A DNA stretch of 64,000 nt from Macrostomum lignano (taxonomy: Eukaryota): positions 248,001-312,000 of the forward strand of contig NIVC01000568.1 in assembly GCA_002269645.1 (NCBI GenBank), read 5' to 3'. Both the position numbers and the translations under genes were made by a program. Of the stretch, positions 1 to 22,628 are shown one piece after another; position 1 is the stretch's first letter, and the number at the start of each line of letters is the position of its first letter. Under the pieces are notes generated by a model, which saw nothing but the letters and a program-made list of their open reading frames with translations, made no database searches and was not told the origin of the DNA.

Positions 1-354
1 GACCCGACCATCAGGCAGGCGCGGCTCAACATCGAGCGAATCCGCAGAAAACGGCGGCCCACAGGCGACGCTGAAGACGCGTTTGAGCGCCTTCTAGACA
101 AGCGGCAGCTCAGAGCAGAGCAGCTCAGCAGCACAAAAATTGGGCGGCGGATTGTCAGCTGTGATTCCACATACACGATGACGATCAGAAAGCCCGAGCC
201 GCTGTACACCCAGTGTGAGCGCGTGTGTGACTGCGTAAATGATCGTACAGTGTACAGTATTGGCTCGCTTGTGTTCCCAGGAGTGAACTCGTGGGCAGTG
301 AGCTCGCTTGTGGGCAGAATTATCCCAGCGCACGATGTGGGACGATGTCGCTGA
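1..354 (+). CDS. Possible terminal coding exon of a gene entering from the left (frame uncertain)
   Basis: Frame 1 is open from base 1 to TGA 352-354 (DPTIRQARLNIERIRRKRR..., loosely like a TPR C-terminus). Frame 2 would stop at TAG 95-97. AATAAA near 455 and at 471 followed by AT-rich sequence fits a 3' end. Confidence 0.3.
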   Translation, partial: DPTIRQARLNIERIRRKRRPTGDAEDAFERLLDKRQLRAEQLSSTKIGRRIVSCDSTYTMTIRKPEPLYTQCERVCDCVNDRTVYSIGSLVFPGVNSWAVSSLVGRIIPAHDVGRCR

Positions 355-540
355 GGGAAGACGTTGCGCCATGGGTTCCCACGCAGCCCTCGTGGAAATA
401 TTTATTCATGCTTGAGCAATGCTTTGCTGAAACGCTTAATAACGCTTACCGATTAATAAATTTTAAATTGAATAAAAGTTTCAATGCTACTAACCATAAT
501 ATTAAAATACAATTAACATCAAACTTTTAAATACTTTCAA

Positions 541-1355
541 GCAGGGGGGACAGGGGGGGCATGTCCCCCCAGTAAAAGCTATGGGGGGGGCAAGCCATGC
601 TTTGTCTCCCCACCCACCTTGTGGCCCGTTATGGAAATCAATAATTTTTTTTCAGGGCGACAAAATATAGCCTCTGCGGCGCTAAAATGAGTGCCTGTGG
701 TGCTAAAATGAGTGCCTGTGGCGCTAAAATAAGTGCCCGCGGCGCTAAAATGAGTGCCTGCGGCGCTAAAATGAGTGCCCGCGGCGCTAAAATGAGTGCC
801 CGCGGCGCTAAAATGAGTGCCTGCGGCGCTAAAATGAGTGCCCGCGGCGCTAAAATGAGTGCCTGCGGCGCTAAAATGAGATCCTGTTGCGCTAAAATGA
901 GTTCCTGTTGCGCTAAAATGAGTTCCTGTGGCGCTAAAATGAGTGCCTGTGGCGCTAAAATGAGTTCCTGTGGCGCTAAAATGAGTGCCTGTGGCGCTAA
1001 AATGAGTGCCTGCGGCGCTAAAATGAGTTCCTGTTGCGCTAAAATGAGTTCCTGTGGCGCTAAAATGAGTGCCTGTGGCGCTAAAATGAGTTCCTGTGGC
1101 GCTAAAATGAGTGCCTGTGGCGCTAAAATGAGTGCCTGTGGCGCTAAAATGAGTGCCTGTGGCGCTAAAATGAGTGCCTTCGGCGCTAAAATGAGTGCCT
1201 GCGGCGCTAAAATGAGTGCCTGTGGCACTAAAAATAGTGCCTATGGTGCTAAAATGAGTGCCTTCAGCGCAAGAAAGGGCGAAAAACATGAACATGTACA
1301 TGTAGAATTCTTGGCTTTCTCCCCCCTTAACATACAATCCATGGCGACGACCCTA
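541..1355. repeat. 21-bp minisatellite (GGCGCTAAAATGAGTGCCTGT, ~676-1270) inside a MITE-like shell with G/C-rich ends
   Basis: About 28 tandem units. The left flank is CAGGGGGGACAGGGGGGGCATGTCCCCCC and the right flank ends CCCCCC...GGCGACGACCCT. This repeat generates the ORFs 579-1337, 638-1228 and 687-1376. Confidence 0.8.
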
Positions 1356-1792
1356 CATATAAACTTTTCAATCTGAGAAATTTTCTTATGAGTATAATCC
1401 CCCCCCCAAGAGATCTACTAGATCCACAACTCTAGTCGATCACTACGTCAGGCAAATTGAAGAAGAGTATCTTAAGAATACGCTGGCTATATACACTCGA
1501 TATCGCTAGCTTTTTGGCGAAGCTTTCAGTGCTTAAACTTTAGATAAAGAACCACTGCTCCGAAGGACGCTTAGCATTCCTTTAAGCAGTTTTGTACGGA
1601 TTTTGTGTGCGGGAATGAGCCATTTATATAGCAACATGCTGAGAGTTATTCGTTCTTTTGTACACTGGAAGTACTGGCCGCCCACCTCCTGCTATATCAC
1701 CTGAGGGAGTGCAATGGCATAAGTAGCTGGAATTAAAAACTGAAATACAGAAAGGCATCAAAATTATCGCGGTTAATAAAGCTTCGGAAGAT

Positions 1793-4700
1793 ATGGTAAG
1801 TTCCTATAGACTTCAATCCATCAAACACTTATACTTATTTTATGTTAAACCTATTGTGTACATAGTCTTTTTTCATCTACCTATTCAAGTACTCGTAGCT
1901 AAATGCATGACGGGACTTTTACTCTGCACACGGAGCCATTTGACTGACAATGAACCTTCCAAGCGTCTCATCTTTCACAAGTAGCTAGATTTTGTTCTCA
2001 AATTTTCTCATGCCAATATTTCACACTATTGGCTGTTACACGTCTCTTTAGCTCGCAGTCAATTTTGCTACGAGTAGTTTGCATACCCATCAATCAACTC
2101 TCAATCGCCAAACGCTAATTAAAATACAATGTACAGCAAAAATACCTAGCTTAAATTAACACTAGTTTGTAGTAGATCACCCCAACACTAGTCTGTAGTA
2201 GATCACCCCAACACTAGTTTGTAGTAGATCACCCAACACTAGTCTGTAGTAGATCACCCCAACACTAGTCTGTAGTAGATCACCCCAACACTAGTCTGTA
2301 GTAGATCACCCCAACACTAGTCTGTAGTAGATCACCCCAACACTAGTCTGTAGTAGATCACCCCAACAATAGTCTGTAGTAGATCACCGCAACTAGTCTG
2401 TAGTAGATCACCTCAACACTAGTCTGTAGTAGATCACCCCAACACTAGTTTGTAGTAGATCACCCCAACACTAGTTTGTAGTAGATCACCCCAACACTAG
2501 TCTGTAGTAGATCACCCCAACACTAGTCTGTAGTAGATCGCATTAACACTAGCCTGTAGTAGATTAGTCTTACACTAGTCTGTAGTAGATCATATTAACA
2601 CTAGTCTGTAGTAGATCAGTCTTACACTAGACTGTAGTAGATCACCCCGACACTAGTCTGTAGTACGAGCGTAGATCAGCCTTGTCTAGCGTGAAACAGT
2701 CCCATCTCTCAGAAATGAGACAAGAACTATGCTCCCAATGCTTGATTTCAGACAGTGGACGAGGAGACGCCACTAGTGGCTGTCTCGCCATCCCAGCCCG
2801 GCACTCGAGTGTTCTGGTACCGCTGGTACGTTCTGCTGGTTTATGTCGGTCTGGTGACACTGCAGGGCGCTGTATGGAACCACTGGGGACCAATAGCAAG
2901 TAGCATGAAAGCCGTATTCAACTGGGACAATGCCACCTTGGGCCTGCTGACTCTATGGGGTCCCATCACGTACGTGGTGTCGTTCTACGGTTGGACACTG
3001 TTTTTACGTTATCGCGGACTCCGCCTACCCTGCCTCCTGTCGGTAGGTCTGGTAGCAGTTGGCTGCGCTCTCAAGGCCATCCCATTCAAGTCGGACGCTG
3101 TATTTCTAGTCATGTGCCACGCATGCGGCATTCTAAACGGATTCGCCGGTCCAGTTGCCATGGCAGCGGGCACGAAACTGGCTGCTGAGTGGTTTCCAAT
3201 GAATGAGCGAGTCACCGCCGTTGCCATAGCAGCTCTGAGCCAGTCACTGGGCCCGACTCTGTCTTTCCTGATCGGTATGAAGTGCCTAGGCGTGTTTGGG
3301 TAACTCGAAACTTGCTTTCCCATAAACCTCGTTCTCAGTCTGTTTTTTATACACGTATTTTCAGGCCCCCTGATCGTGCAAGACGTCAATGGAACAGCGT
3401 TGACCATTGGCTATGAATTTAATAACACGATAAGGTCAGTAAATGTGCTCTATTAGTTGCTGTTGCTCTATTATCTGCCATGGTCCTGCCATGACCGTCC
3501 AGCAGTTCCTGATCCGGTGATCTCAGCCATCGTCTGTCTGTGACCACAGATCAGCAGTTCCTGATCCGGTGATCTCAGCCATCGTCTGTCTGTGACCACA
3601 GATCAGCAGTTCCTGATCCGGTGATCAGCCATTGTACTGTCTGTGACCACAGATCAGCAGTTCCTGATCCGGTGATCTCAGCCATCGTCTGTCTGTGACC
3701 ACAGATCAGCAGTTCCTGATCCGGTGATCAGCCATTGTACTGTCTGTGACCACCGATCAGCAGTTCCTGATCCGGTGATCAGCCATTGTACTGTCTGTGA
3801 CCACAGATCAGCAGTTCCTGATCCGGTGATCTCAGCCATCGTCTGTCTGTGACCACAGATCAGCAGTTCCTGATCCGGTGATCTCAGCCATCGTCTGTCT
3901 GTGACCACAGATCAGCAGTTCCTGATCCGGTGATCAGCCATCGTACTGTCTGTGACCACAGATCAGCAGTTCCTGATCCGGTGATCTCAGCCATCGTCTG
4001 TCTGTGACCACAGATCAGCAGTTCCTGATCCGGTGATCAGCCATTGTACTGTCTGTGACCACCGATCAGCAGTTCCTGATCCGGTGATCAGCCATTGTAC
4101 TGTCTGTGACCACAGATCAGCAGTTCCTGATCCGGTGATCAGCCATTGTACTGTCTGTGACCACAGATCAGCAGTTCCTGATCCGGTGATCAGCCATTGT
4201 ACTGTCTGTGACCACAGATCAGCAGTTCCTGATCCGGTGATCTCAGCCATCGTCTGTCTGTGACCACAGATCAGCAGTTCCTGATCCGGTGATCAGCCAT
4301 TGTACTGTATGTGACCACAGATCAGCAGTTCCTGATCCGGTGATCAGCCATTGTACTGTCTGTGACCACAGATCAGCAGTTCCTGATCCGGTGATCAGCC
4401 ATTGTACTGTCTGTGACCACAGATCAGCAGTTCCTGATCCGGTGATCTCAGCCATCGTCTGTCTGTGACCACAGATCAGCAGTTCCTGATCCGGTGATCA
4501 GCCATTGTACTGTCTGTGACCACCGATCAGTAGTTCCTGATCCGGTGATCCGCCATTGTACTGTCTGTGACCACCGATCAGTAGTTCCTGATCCGATGAT
4601 CCGCCATTGTACTGTCTGTGACCACTGATCAGTAGTTCCTGATCCGGTGATCCGCCATTGTACTGTCTGTGACCACCGATCAGTAGTTCCTGATCCGGTG

Positions 4701-5618
4701 ATCAGCCATTGTACTGTCTGTGACCACCGATCAGCAGTTCCTGGTGGATCCGCCCTGCTCCAGTGACACGTCAATCAATTCCCGCTCATGATCGGATTAT
4801 CTACCGCCCCTATTATCAAATCACATTTCCCATTTTGCAGCGCAGTCAGGGGCCAAGTATCGCTGTACAACTACATAGACTTCGGTGTTGCCTTCGCGCT
4901 GCTGCTACTCACTCTGATGTACTTTCCCAGCCGACCGAAACTGCCGCCAAGTATTTCATCTCAGGTTGAACGGTCAACAGACCGAGGTCTGCGTCACCTG
5001 GGCTTGAACACCTGGTTAATAGTGATCGCCTACGGAATTCCTTCGGGCGTTAGCGGAGCTTTCAACGCCGTCTTGGCCATCAACGTGGCCGCGTTTGGCA
5101 TCGACGAAACCGAAGCTGACTGGATCGGCTTCGTGTCCACGGCAGTCAGCATGGCGGTTGGCCTAGTTGCAGGCCGCATCGTTGACTGCTTCCGTCGGCC
5201 ACGAATGGCTCTGACCAGCTTCCTCCTGATGACGGCGTCGGCCCTGTTCTACGCCTGGCTGACTCTCATCTGCGACAGGCTGCTGCCGAGCGGCTTCTAC
5301 TACGTGTTAGCCAGCAACATCCTGGGCATTTCGAGCATGACGGCCGCATTTCCGCTATTCTATGAGCTGGCCTGCGAGAGCGCCTTTCCAGTTGGCGAGG
5401 AGACCGCCACCATGGTGGTTACCACGGCCAACAACGTGTTCTCGGGCGTGTTTCTCACCGTGCTGCTCTTCCCGCAGGCGGGGACGCTGTGGATGAACTA
5501 CCTAATGACTGGCTCCTGTCTGATCTCTCTGCCTCTAGTCTTCTTCTTCAAAGAGGTTTATAATCGGCGGCAATTTGATCTGCAGGGTGTTCCCGAAGAC
5601 CGTATTCAAGCTGAATAA
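1793..5618 (+). CDS. MFS transporter, SLC49A4 (DIRC2)/FLVCR-like; exons 1793-1795, 2752-3274, 3365-3434, 4841-5618
   Basis: ATG|GTAAGT at 1793-1801 splices in frame to tttcag|ACA GTG GAC. Later junctions are phase 1 (ATC G|GC CCC = IGPLIV) and phase 2 (AG|C). The protein has RWYVLLVY, WNHWGPI, WFPMNERVTA and FYELACESAFPVGE motifs typical of the SLC49 family, with many TM helices. Confidence 0.85.
2160..2665. repeat. 26-bp minisatellite (ACTAGTCTGTAGTAGATCACCCCAAC) in MFS intron 1
   Basis: About 19 tandem units, directly visible. Confidence 0.95.
3500..4745. repeat. 51/52-bp minisatellite with two interleaved variants in MFS intron 3
   Basis: Units read GATCAGCAGTTCCTGATCCGGTGAT(CT)CAGCCAT...TGTCTGTGACCACA. 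The array ends at GGATCCGCCCTG. Confidence 0.95.
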
Positions 5619-6175
5619 AGATTATGTTGAGTTTCAAGCATCCTCCACAAAAATGCTCAGGCTAAGCATACCCAGTCAGAGTCTATTTTACTAAAATAAT
5701 GATTTATTTAACAATGTATCTATAATGATTAAATTAAAACCCATGTAAAATCGAAAGTGATTAGACTTCTCAAATTTTCGGCTTTTGGCTACCCCGAAAT
5801 CCATCACGCAATTATGAATTCTGCACCCGGATCTACAGTTTTGCTTTTTGAAGCACTACAAAATGCAATAAATTTTAGGGTTTATTCATTTTAATTTATA
5901 GTATGCAGTTATAAAAGTCTATGATAAATAATCAGCGAGCTTGGACTGCTGTAAAACAAAGCAAATAAGCTTTCAAGTACTTTCAATTTTAGTCTATGGC
6001 CAAGCTGGCTGACAACTGAGACTGTACAAAAAGTTGACTACTCAAAACTTTAGCGTTTTTCACTTTTGTTCCGGGCATGCAAGTGTAAGGCTGCTAACAG
6101 ATTGTGCTTGTTTGCAGTGAGAGGTCGGCTGGCAGAAAATAGCGAAAACAAAGGTTGCTTCAAAGAAGAAAAGAA

Positions 6176-6212
6176 CCAATTGGCTGCATCAGAACCGTCA
6201 GCGATTGGCCTA
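6176..6212 (+). promoter_or_regulatory. Paired CCAAT boxes just upstream of the Cys/Pro-Gly/Tyr gene
   Basis: ACCAATTGGC near 6176-6185 and GATTGGC near 6204-6210, within about 60 bp of the ATG at 6237. Confidence 0.35.
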
Positions 6213-6236
6213 TCAGTTTGATCAGTCGCGAATAGC

Positions 6237-6842
6237 ATGTGCAGCCTGCCGCAGCCGCCCTGCCCGATGATGTGCCCGGAGCCTGGCTTCTGTCCGCCCT
6301 ATGCAGCCCAGGAGCCGTCGTGCTGTCAGCCTTGCCCACCACCCTGCCCGCCGCCTTGTCCGCCGCCATGCCCGCCGCCACCCTGCCAGCCCTGCTGGAT
6401 CCCGAGGCCGCCGTGCGATCCCTGCTGCATGCCGCAGATTCAGTTGTGCCCGCCGCCAACGCCTGTCTGCTTTCCGCCGTTGCCGCTGCCCTGTCCGGAC
6501 AATACGTGCGAGTTCAGGCGCCTGCCGGATCTGTGTCCCACGCCTGACTGCTGCCGAATCAGCTATTGCAGACCGTTGCGCTGCCCGCCGCCTTGTCCGC
6601 CGCCTTGCCCGCCATGCCAACCGTGCGACACTGGATTTGGCGGCGGCGGCGGCGGTGGCGGCGGCGGCGGCGGCTACGGAGGCGGCTACAGTGGAGGCTA
6701 CGGAGGTGGTGGAGGTTACAGTGGTGGAGGCTACGGAGGTGGTGGAGGTTACAGTGGTGGAGGCTACGGTGGAGGTTATAGTGGAGGCTTCGGAGGCGGC
6801 GGCGGCGGCGGCGGCTGCAGCAGTGGCAACTGCCGAGGGTAA
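6237..6842 (+). CDS. Intronless 201-aa Cys/Pro-rich (CPPPC repeats) plus Gly/Tyr-rich structural protein, no signal peptide
   Basis: ATG 6237 to TAA 6842. Synonymous third positions vary between repeated CPPP and GGY codons (protein-level rather than DNA-level repetition). AATAAA at 6928-6933 is followed by a GT-rich tract. Confidence 0.75.
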   Translation: MCSLPQPPCPMMCPEPGFCPPYAAQEPSCCQPCPPPCPPPCPPPCPPPPCQPCWIPRPPCDPCCMPQIQLCPPPTPVCFPPLPLPCPDNTCEFRRLPDLCPTPDCCRISYCRPLRCPPPCPPPCPPCQPCDTGFGGGGGGGGGGGGYGGGYSGGYGGGGGYSGGGYGGGGGYSGGGYGGGYSGGFGGGGGGGGCSSGNCRG

Positions 6843-7577
6843 ATAGTGCATACGGCCAGTCCGGCTCGAATGACAATCATTTTTCTGCCGATCAGTTTAA
6901 TCTACTCGGCTGCAGTACAGCATAAATAATAAAACTGTGTATTTCAATGTATTTGTAACCATTTGTTTCAATGTGTCAGTACCTGTAATCGCTGGCCCAG
7001 CTCTCTCGATCGCAAATATTCAACGCCTTTTTCTCATTTTCTCAGCAAGAAAGTGGCGCGCTGCAGCGCGGTGGTTCTTTAACGAAAAACTGTTTCGAAA
7101 AAAACTTTAAATTAAAATTTCTCTTTGCAAATATAAAATGCGCAAAAGCAAATTGCAATTTTCAGATTCCTAATTTAGTAAAAGAAGACGTGTCTTATCT
7201 CACTAAGCTTTTAAATTTTGATTTCACCCGTTTTAGTCTCCTTTTGAAAGGATTTCTAAATTTGCTGTGTTTTAGCACTGACTTTGACGGGAAAGAAACA
7301 TACAGGTAGGTTTAGTCACGGCGACACCGCGAATTTGAAGACACCTGGGACGGAATTAGTCAGCACATGCATTTAGGTTGTTTCAAAAGACCAAAACTTG
7401 CTTTACTAGCGTCCGAAATCTAACACACTGTACATAAACACATTTTGATACAGCTGTAAATCTGGGATGCTTGTTGCATGTGCCGTGTGCAGTAAAAAGT
7501 CCCTTTCAAGAGTAAGCCAAAATTCAGCATAGATTATATTAACAGTAGGAATACCAAGCCATTTTCCCGCCCATCGG

Positions 7578-8151
7578 ACTACCAAAGAGGGGGGGAATCA
7601 GGGCCCAATTTTTTTGCTGCGCCGGAACGGAGCAACGCAGGCTCACGAAATTCAAGAACACGGGCTAAATTTTTGTTGCGCACCTTCTCAAACAATAATA
7701 AAGTCGAGGCTTGATCATCAAAACTAGAGAAATTCGCATCAGGGTGTTCATAGTCCCCTGGGGCCACCTGTTGAAGTTCCGGAAGCTCCGCCTGATTAAA
7801 TAACAGTGACCAACCAAGTCAGAGCTGATCGATGCAGACACATGTGGTCGACGTGTGCCGATGAAATTTGGAGGCTTGGCAAGGCTGCACTGAGGCGCAG
7901 TGCTGATTGGCGCACAGCAGGGGTGTACTGAATACCTACACACTAGCGCTTATGGGAAAAATCCGATCCTCTGGCAGAATTGTCGAATATCTCGACGGTC
8001 AGAAGGGCTGGCGACTTGATTTTTGTTTGAGAAGGTGCGCAACAAAAAGTTAGCCTATGTTCTTGAATTTCGTGAGCCAGCTGCGTTGCTCTAGCTCTCT
8101 GTTCCTGCGCAGCAAAAAGTCAGAGAGAGGGTGGGATTCCCCCTTGGTAGT
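7578..8151. mobile_element. MITE with ~130-bp imperfect terminal inverted repeats
   Basis: The left end ACTACCAAAG...TTTTGTTGCGCACCTTCTCAAACAA...AAGTCG (7578-7708) matches the reverse complement of 8012-8151. The interior is non-coding and no clear TSD is visible. Confidence 0.8.
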
Positions 8152-10408
8152 TCTACTGTTAAATAGTGATGAGCTACGTACTGCGTCTCAAATTACGGGT
8201 CGCGATTAAAAATATAATAATTTTTGTATTTCGTTGCAAAAGCATTTAATTATATCAAACAAAGACCCAATGGAAATAGGTATGTGAATAGTAGTGTAGC
8301 CCATACACAGATTTTCATATTTTAATAGGTCTGGAATTCTTCATATTTTTATTCTATTTTTTAAACTCTTTTGATGAGCCCGTAGACTGCGCTACAGAAA
8401 GTGGTTCCGACGGGTCACTAAAATGTGTACTGTATAGTGAACTAGAAACGTCATAATGCTTTTTAGAATTAAAATAAAATTTTGATGTAAGCAGAATAAC
8501 AAAGCTTCTTCTTTTACTGCATGTACATCAGATTCTCTGCATTTTTTGTAGACTGTAAGAATTTGAGAGATCCTAAATTTTTGTGATTTTTCTTATTAAT
8601 TAGCAGTATTCAAGAGATGTTAAAAGATGCAACATTGTTTTAAGGGGCTAAAATTCAACTTCTAGATTTGTTCGAATGAAATTGAAAATGTTACCGGCGG
8701 AACTCGTAATATCTGTTATTATCACTCATCAACTTCGTGTCTTATTCACTTTTACTACTAGTATAATAGTATTATCGTCATCGACTATGTATGTATACTA
8801 TGACCTTTAGTATAATAGTATTATCGTCATCGACTATGTATGTATACTATGACCTATGTCAATAATAAGCCCATTGCTAGGCCCATAATTTAGCCATACT
8901 TAGAGTTTCTTTAGAAGTTAAGTAGTATGGACTAGGCCTAATTATATACTTTTGTGTATATGGGCTAAATCTACACAAAAATGGCAAAATTGCAAAATAG
9001 TAAATTAGAGTAGGGGAGGGGGCTCGGTTGGGCCACTGGATAGTAGGAGAGACAGGTTAGCCTAAGCAAACTTTCATTCAAAGCAGAAATTAAAGTTTTG
9101 GTCAGTCTTTGATGCTTCTTTATAATATAACAAGCTAAATGCTTTAATATGCTTATTAAGCTTAATCATAATGTTAATAATTCAATTTGTATACTAGAAA
9201 CTGGAAAGTATAGGGGCATAGGGCCTAGGGCCTATGAATTTTAAATTTTTATTAAGGCCAAGGTCAAGGTTGGTGCATGTCTATGACTCTATGGTGGCCT
9301 TTATGGACTCATAGAGGTTGAGATAAGTGGAATTGATAGGCCTAAGAAAGAGTTTCTATTTATATACCTTAGGTACCTTCTTCTCAGCCTTCCTTTTAAA
9401 TTGAAGCAATAAGAAATAGGTTTGCCTTGTAGCCATATTGGTATGTGGCCACCTTGGTCTGTCACTTTAGTGTTAAGCCTAGTTTTTTTAGAGCCTAGGC
9501 CTATCTTATCTAGTCCTTTATATTTCTATAGTAGGCCTACTTTGCTTTTTAAACATAATATTGCAATAAAGTTACAGGCCTATATTTGATAAAAAAGAAT
9601 TTAGACCTACCTATTTTTCATAATATAAATATGTTGCCTACTATAAAATGATAGTGCTCACATTCTTATTTTATCTTTTTTCCTCTTTGCCAGTTTGCCT
9701 TAGAGAATATCTCTTATCTTATTCTTAAGGACTATACTAGTAAATATGATATTTTTTAATGCCTATATATAGGCATTATATTATAGATAGGCCTCTATTC
9801 TTTCATTAATTCCAAAATAGCATCTAGTATTATATAGTCTTGATTATTTGAATATAATATATATGAATCTATATATATATAATTTTTTGGCTTGCATTTG
9901 CATATTGTATACCAAATTTAACTAGTTGCATAGCTATCAACTTCTTGCATGTAGCAATGTAGCATTGATACTTAGCTGCAGGGACACAGCAGGAAAGCGC
10001 GGGCGCCCATTCTGCTAGTAGCATTGATAAAAAACTAGATGTTTTGGTTAAAAGTTGGGTTTTGGTTAACAAAAATGAAAATAAGAGAGAAAGTATAAAA
10101 AACAAAAATAGATAGCACAATTTTTTTTGCATAGATTGTTATATTGGACAAAGATTTTATTTGTCCATTTTTTAGTAATTTAACTATTATTTTATCAAGT
10201 TTATCTCATATCTAACCTAGCTACATTTCTTGCATACATCTAAAGAGCTCATATGTACTCATTATAAACATGAGTAAAAGAATAGAACATATATTTATAA
10301 AGCTTACAGTAGTATAATAGCCACCCTATATAGCAATCTGAGGGTGGTTGTTGAAAAGATTGACAAAGAAAAATATGTCATATTGATTTGCATTTTTATA
10401 GAACTTAT

Positions 10409-10448
<40 letters not shown>

Positions 10449-12243
10449 AAGCTAGGCCCCTTTGCCTCCTTTTAGTTGCACCATTGTGTTATTTTCTCCT
10501 TATCCCAAATAGTCAACTAGTTTAAGGTGTATTTAGTTCTTGGTTGTTATAAAATTCAAATTATGTTTGTATTTTATAACAAATAATGCTTTATTTTGAG
10601 CTCTAAAATAGTATACTTTTTGCTAGAAAGTAGTTTTAGATATACAAAGAAAGAAATACAAAAGCAAATTTGTTTGGATAAAAAGTAGGAGTAACTAGGA
10701 CTTCTTATTAAGCCTAAATGCCTCATCATCTAATTAGTACTATATCTATATCTTTGGCTAGGCATTTTTGCAACTTACCTTGGCTAGGCCTCTTGCCAAT
10801 TAGCTAGATTGGCTGGGTTAGCTGTGTTTTATGCATCTGTTATTATATACAAATATTTATTTATGAAATATTTAATAAGATTATAGGCCACACTTTGGAT
10901 CATGTAGTATATGCGGCATGCCCAAAAATTTGGGCATGCATTGGCCTTGCATGCCAAAAATAGGCATGCAGAATTGGTATACATCATCACTCCTAAGAAA
11001 ATAGTATATGTGCACACCTGGCATGCACTTTATAGAATCATGTGGAAAAGTTATTGTGAAGTAGAAAAAAAGATGAAAAAAGTTCATTTTTAAGCATATA
11101 TTTCAAGTTTTCTAGTTTTTTTTACCTTGTAATAAAGCATTTAAACAAATCTTTGCATATATCGATTTTCTGCTATAAATAGTATAGCTAAAAAGCATTA
11201 AAATCAACCAAATTATCTGCCAAAAAGGATCCATAATGCAATTCAAAAAAGGTCATTTATTGTCACAATGTAAAAAAGTTCTTTATTGTTGCAACACCAG
11301 CATAGTTTTAAGAATAGGGTGTGCACTTAATTTTTTTAACATACATTTGTTATTATTCAATTTTTGTTTGGTTGTGCATTTAGCATAATCCAGACTATGG
11401 ATTATAGGCCTAAGGTGTTTAAGATTCAAGATTGAAAATAGTTTAGCTAAAACCTTGACCATGAAACTATGATGCTATAATATATATGGCATAGGTCAAT
11501 TTAAGCCTTTAAATGTGGTACTTTTATCATATAAATATAAATAATATATAATCTTATAATACTCATAAAATATTGCAATGCTACGCCACCATTTCAATTA
11601 GAAAAGTAGCATAGCACAATGTGCATTAGAATAAATTTTAGCAGATAGTTTATGCACTATTTATTTAAGGTACATGGTATTTCATCTGCTATTAGTTTGT
11701 TTGCTAGATGTCTATATATATATACAAAGAGACACTATATGTAATTTATTAAAAAAACTAGTACTGCATTTTTTAGCTCCTGAATGGGGGGCACTGATTG
11801 CTAGTTTCTATCTACTATTTTTATTTCCACTTTTGTTAGGATCCATGTGGAAATACAACAACTAAAAGTTTTGAATGTACATTTTTGTAGACCAAAAAGA
11901 TTTCTATGAAAACAGTTGATAGTAAACAAAAATAAGGACATTTAATTTAATGATTTTAACATTCAATATATATGGAGTCTATTCTGCATAAATGTAGGAT
12001 TTCTAGTTATTAAAATGATATAATGTTTTAGAGTTAGAACAAGATCCAAATCCTGTATGATACTGTATTTATTAGCAAAATGGAATCATGATCCCTCTCT
12101 TTCCAAAAGGTTGTCTTATCTTATCCAACCTCTAATACTTATTATTTAATAATTAATACTCTAACAATTGATTCTACTATATGCACATTTATATAAAACA
12201 AATTTATAATTTATGCTGTCTGGTAACCAATTAAAGCCAGCCC

Positions 12244-22080
<9,837 letters not shown>

Positions 22081-22590
22081 ACTCTGTCCTGTCACAAATG
22101 TTTTTCAGGTCTTATATTTGCGAATTGTGCAGTTGTTCGAAGCGCAATGACATGTTTTTTTCTATCATAATGATGTTGCATGCAACCTTTTATATCCATT
22201 TTTATCAAAGTTCATGTTCATTAGTTTTGTACAATTAAACAGGTAAAGCCCGTTCGGCCCCGTTAGTTTTTTTGCAGCATTTTCTATAAACTCCTTTGTT
22301 ACATGCAGAACGTAGCCAGCCTCGATGCTTCTTGTCTTCATCCGGACCGCTAGTGTCAATTTAATAACTAGATAGGTCACTCAGCTCATGCGCTATTAAG
22401 CTATTATCAGCTCAGTAGTATCTTACCTCCTTCCTGACTTCCTACTGGCCTATCGTTCGCGCCATTCCACGCAAACTCTACGCCCCTGTCGCTTCTCTGC
22501 CCCCCCCCCTATTTTATTTCCCCCCATCGCTCGCGTCCTGGCTGGGTGGGGAGGGGGCTAAACAGCCATGTACATTATCTGCCGCGCTTG

Positions 22591-22628
22591 GCCAATGTAT
22601 TGGCTATTGCAATGATGTGTCACGTGAC
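22591..22628 (+). promoter_or_regulatory. Probable POC5 promoter: CCAAT boxes plus palindromic E-box GTCACGTGAC
   Basis: GCCAAT at 22591, ATTGGC at 22599 and GTCACGTGAC at 22619-22628, in a CpG-containing patch between the SMC3 3' end and POC5. Confidence 0.55.

Noticed and set aside
676-1270. E2F-like TTTAGCGCC in the 21-bp unit (minus strand)
   Set aside because: A short, non-consensus match with no extra conservation over the rest of the unit.
579-1376. Three long ORFs (252, 196 and 229 aa) with 7-aa periodicity
   Set aside because: They are translations of a 21-bp tandem repeat that is open in several frames and both strands, with no unique coding flanks.
6222-6851. 209-aa antisense Ala/Thr-rich ORF and other overlapping frames
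   Set aside because: These are shadows of the GC-rich sense CDS; the poly(A) signal and ATG context favour the + strand 6237-6842 frame.
8758-8856. 49-bp direct duplication and nearby hairpin (10916-10939)
   Set aside because: Isolated small duplications or palindromes in AT-rich DNA, with no supporting structure.
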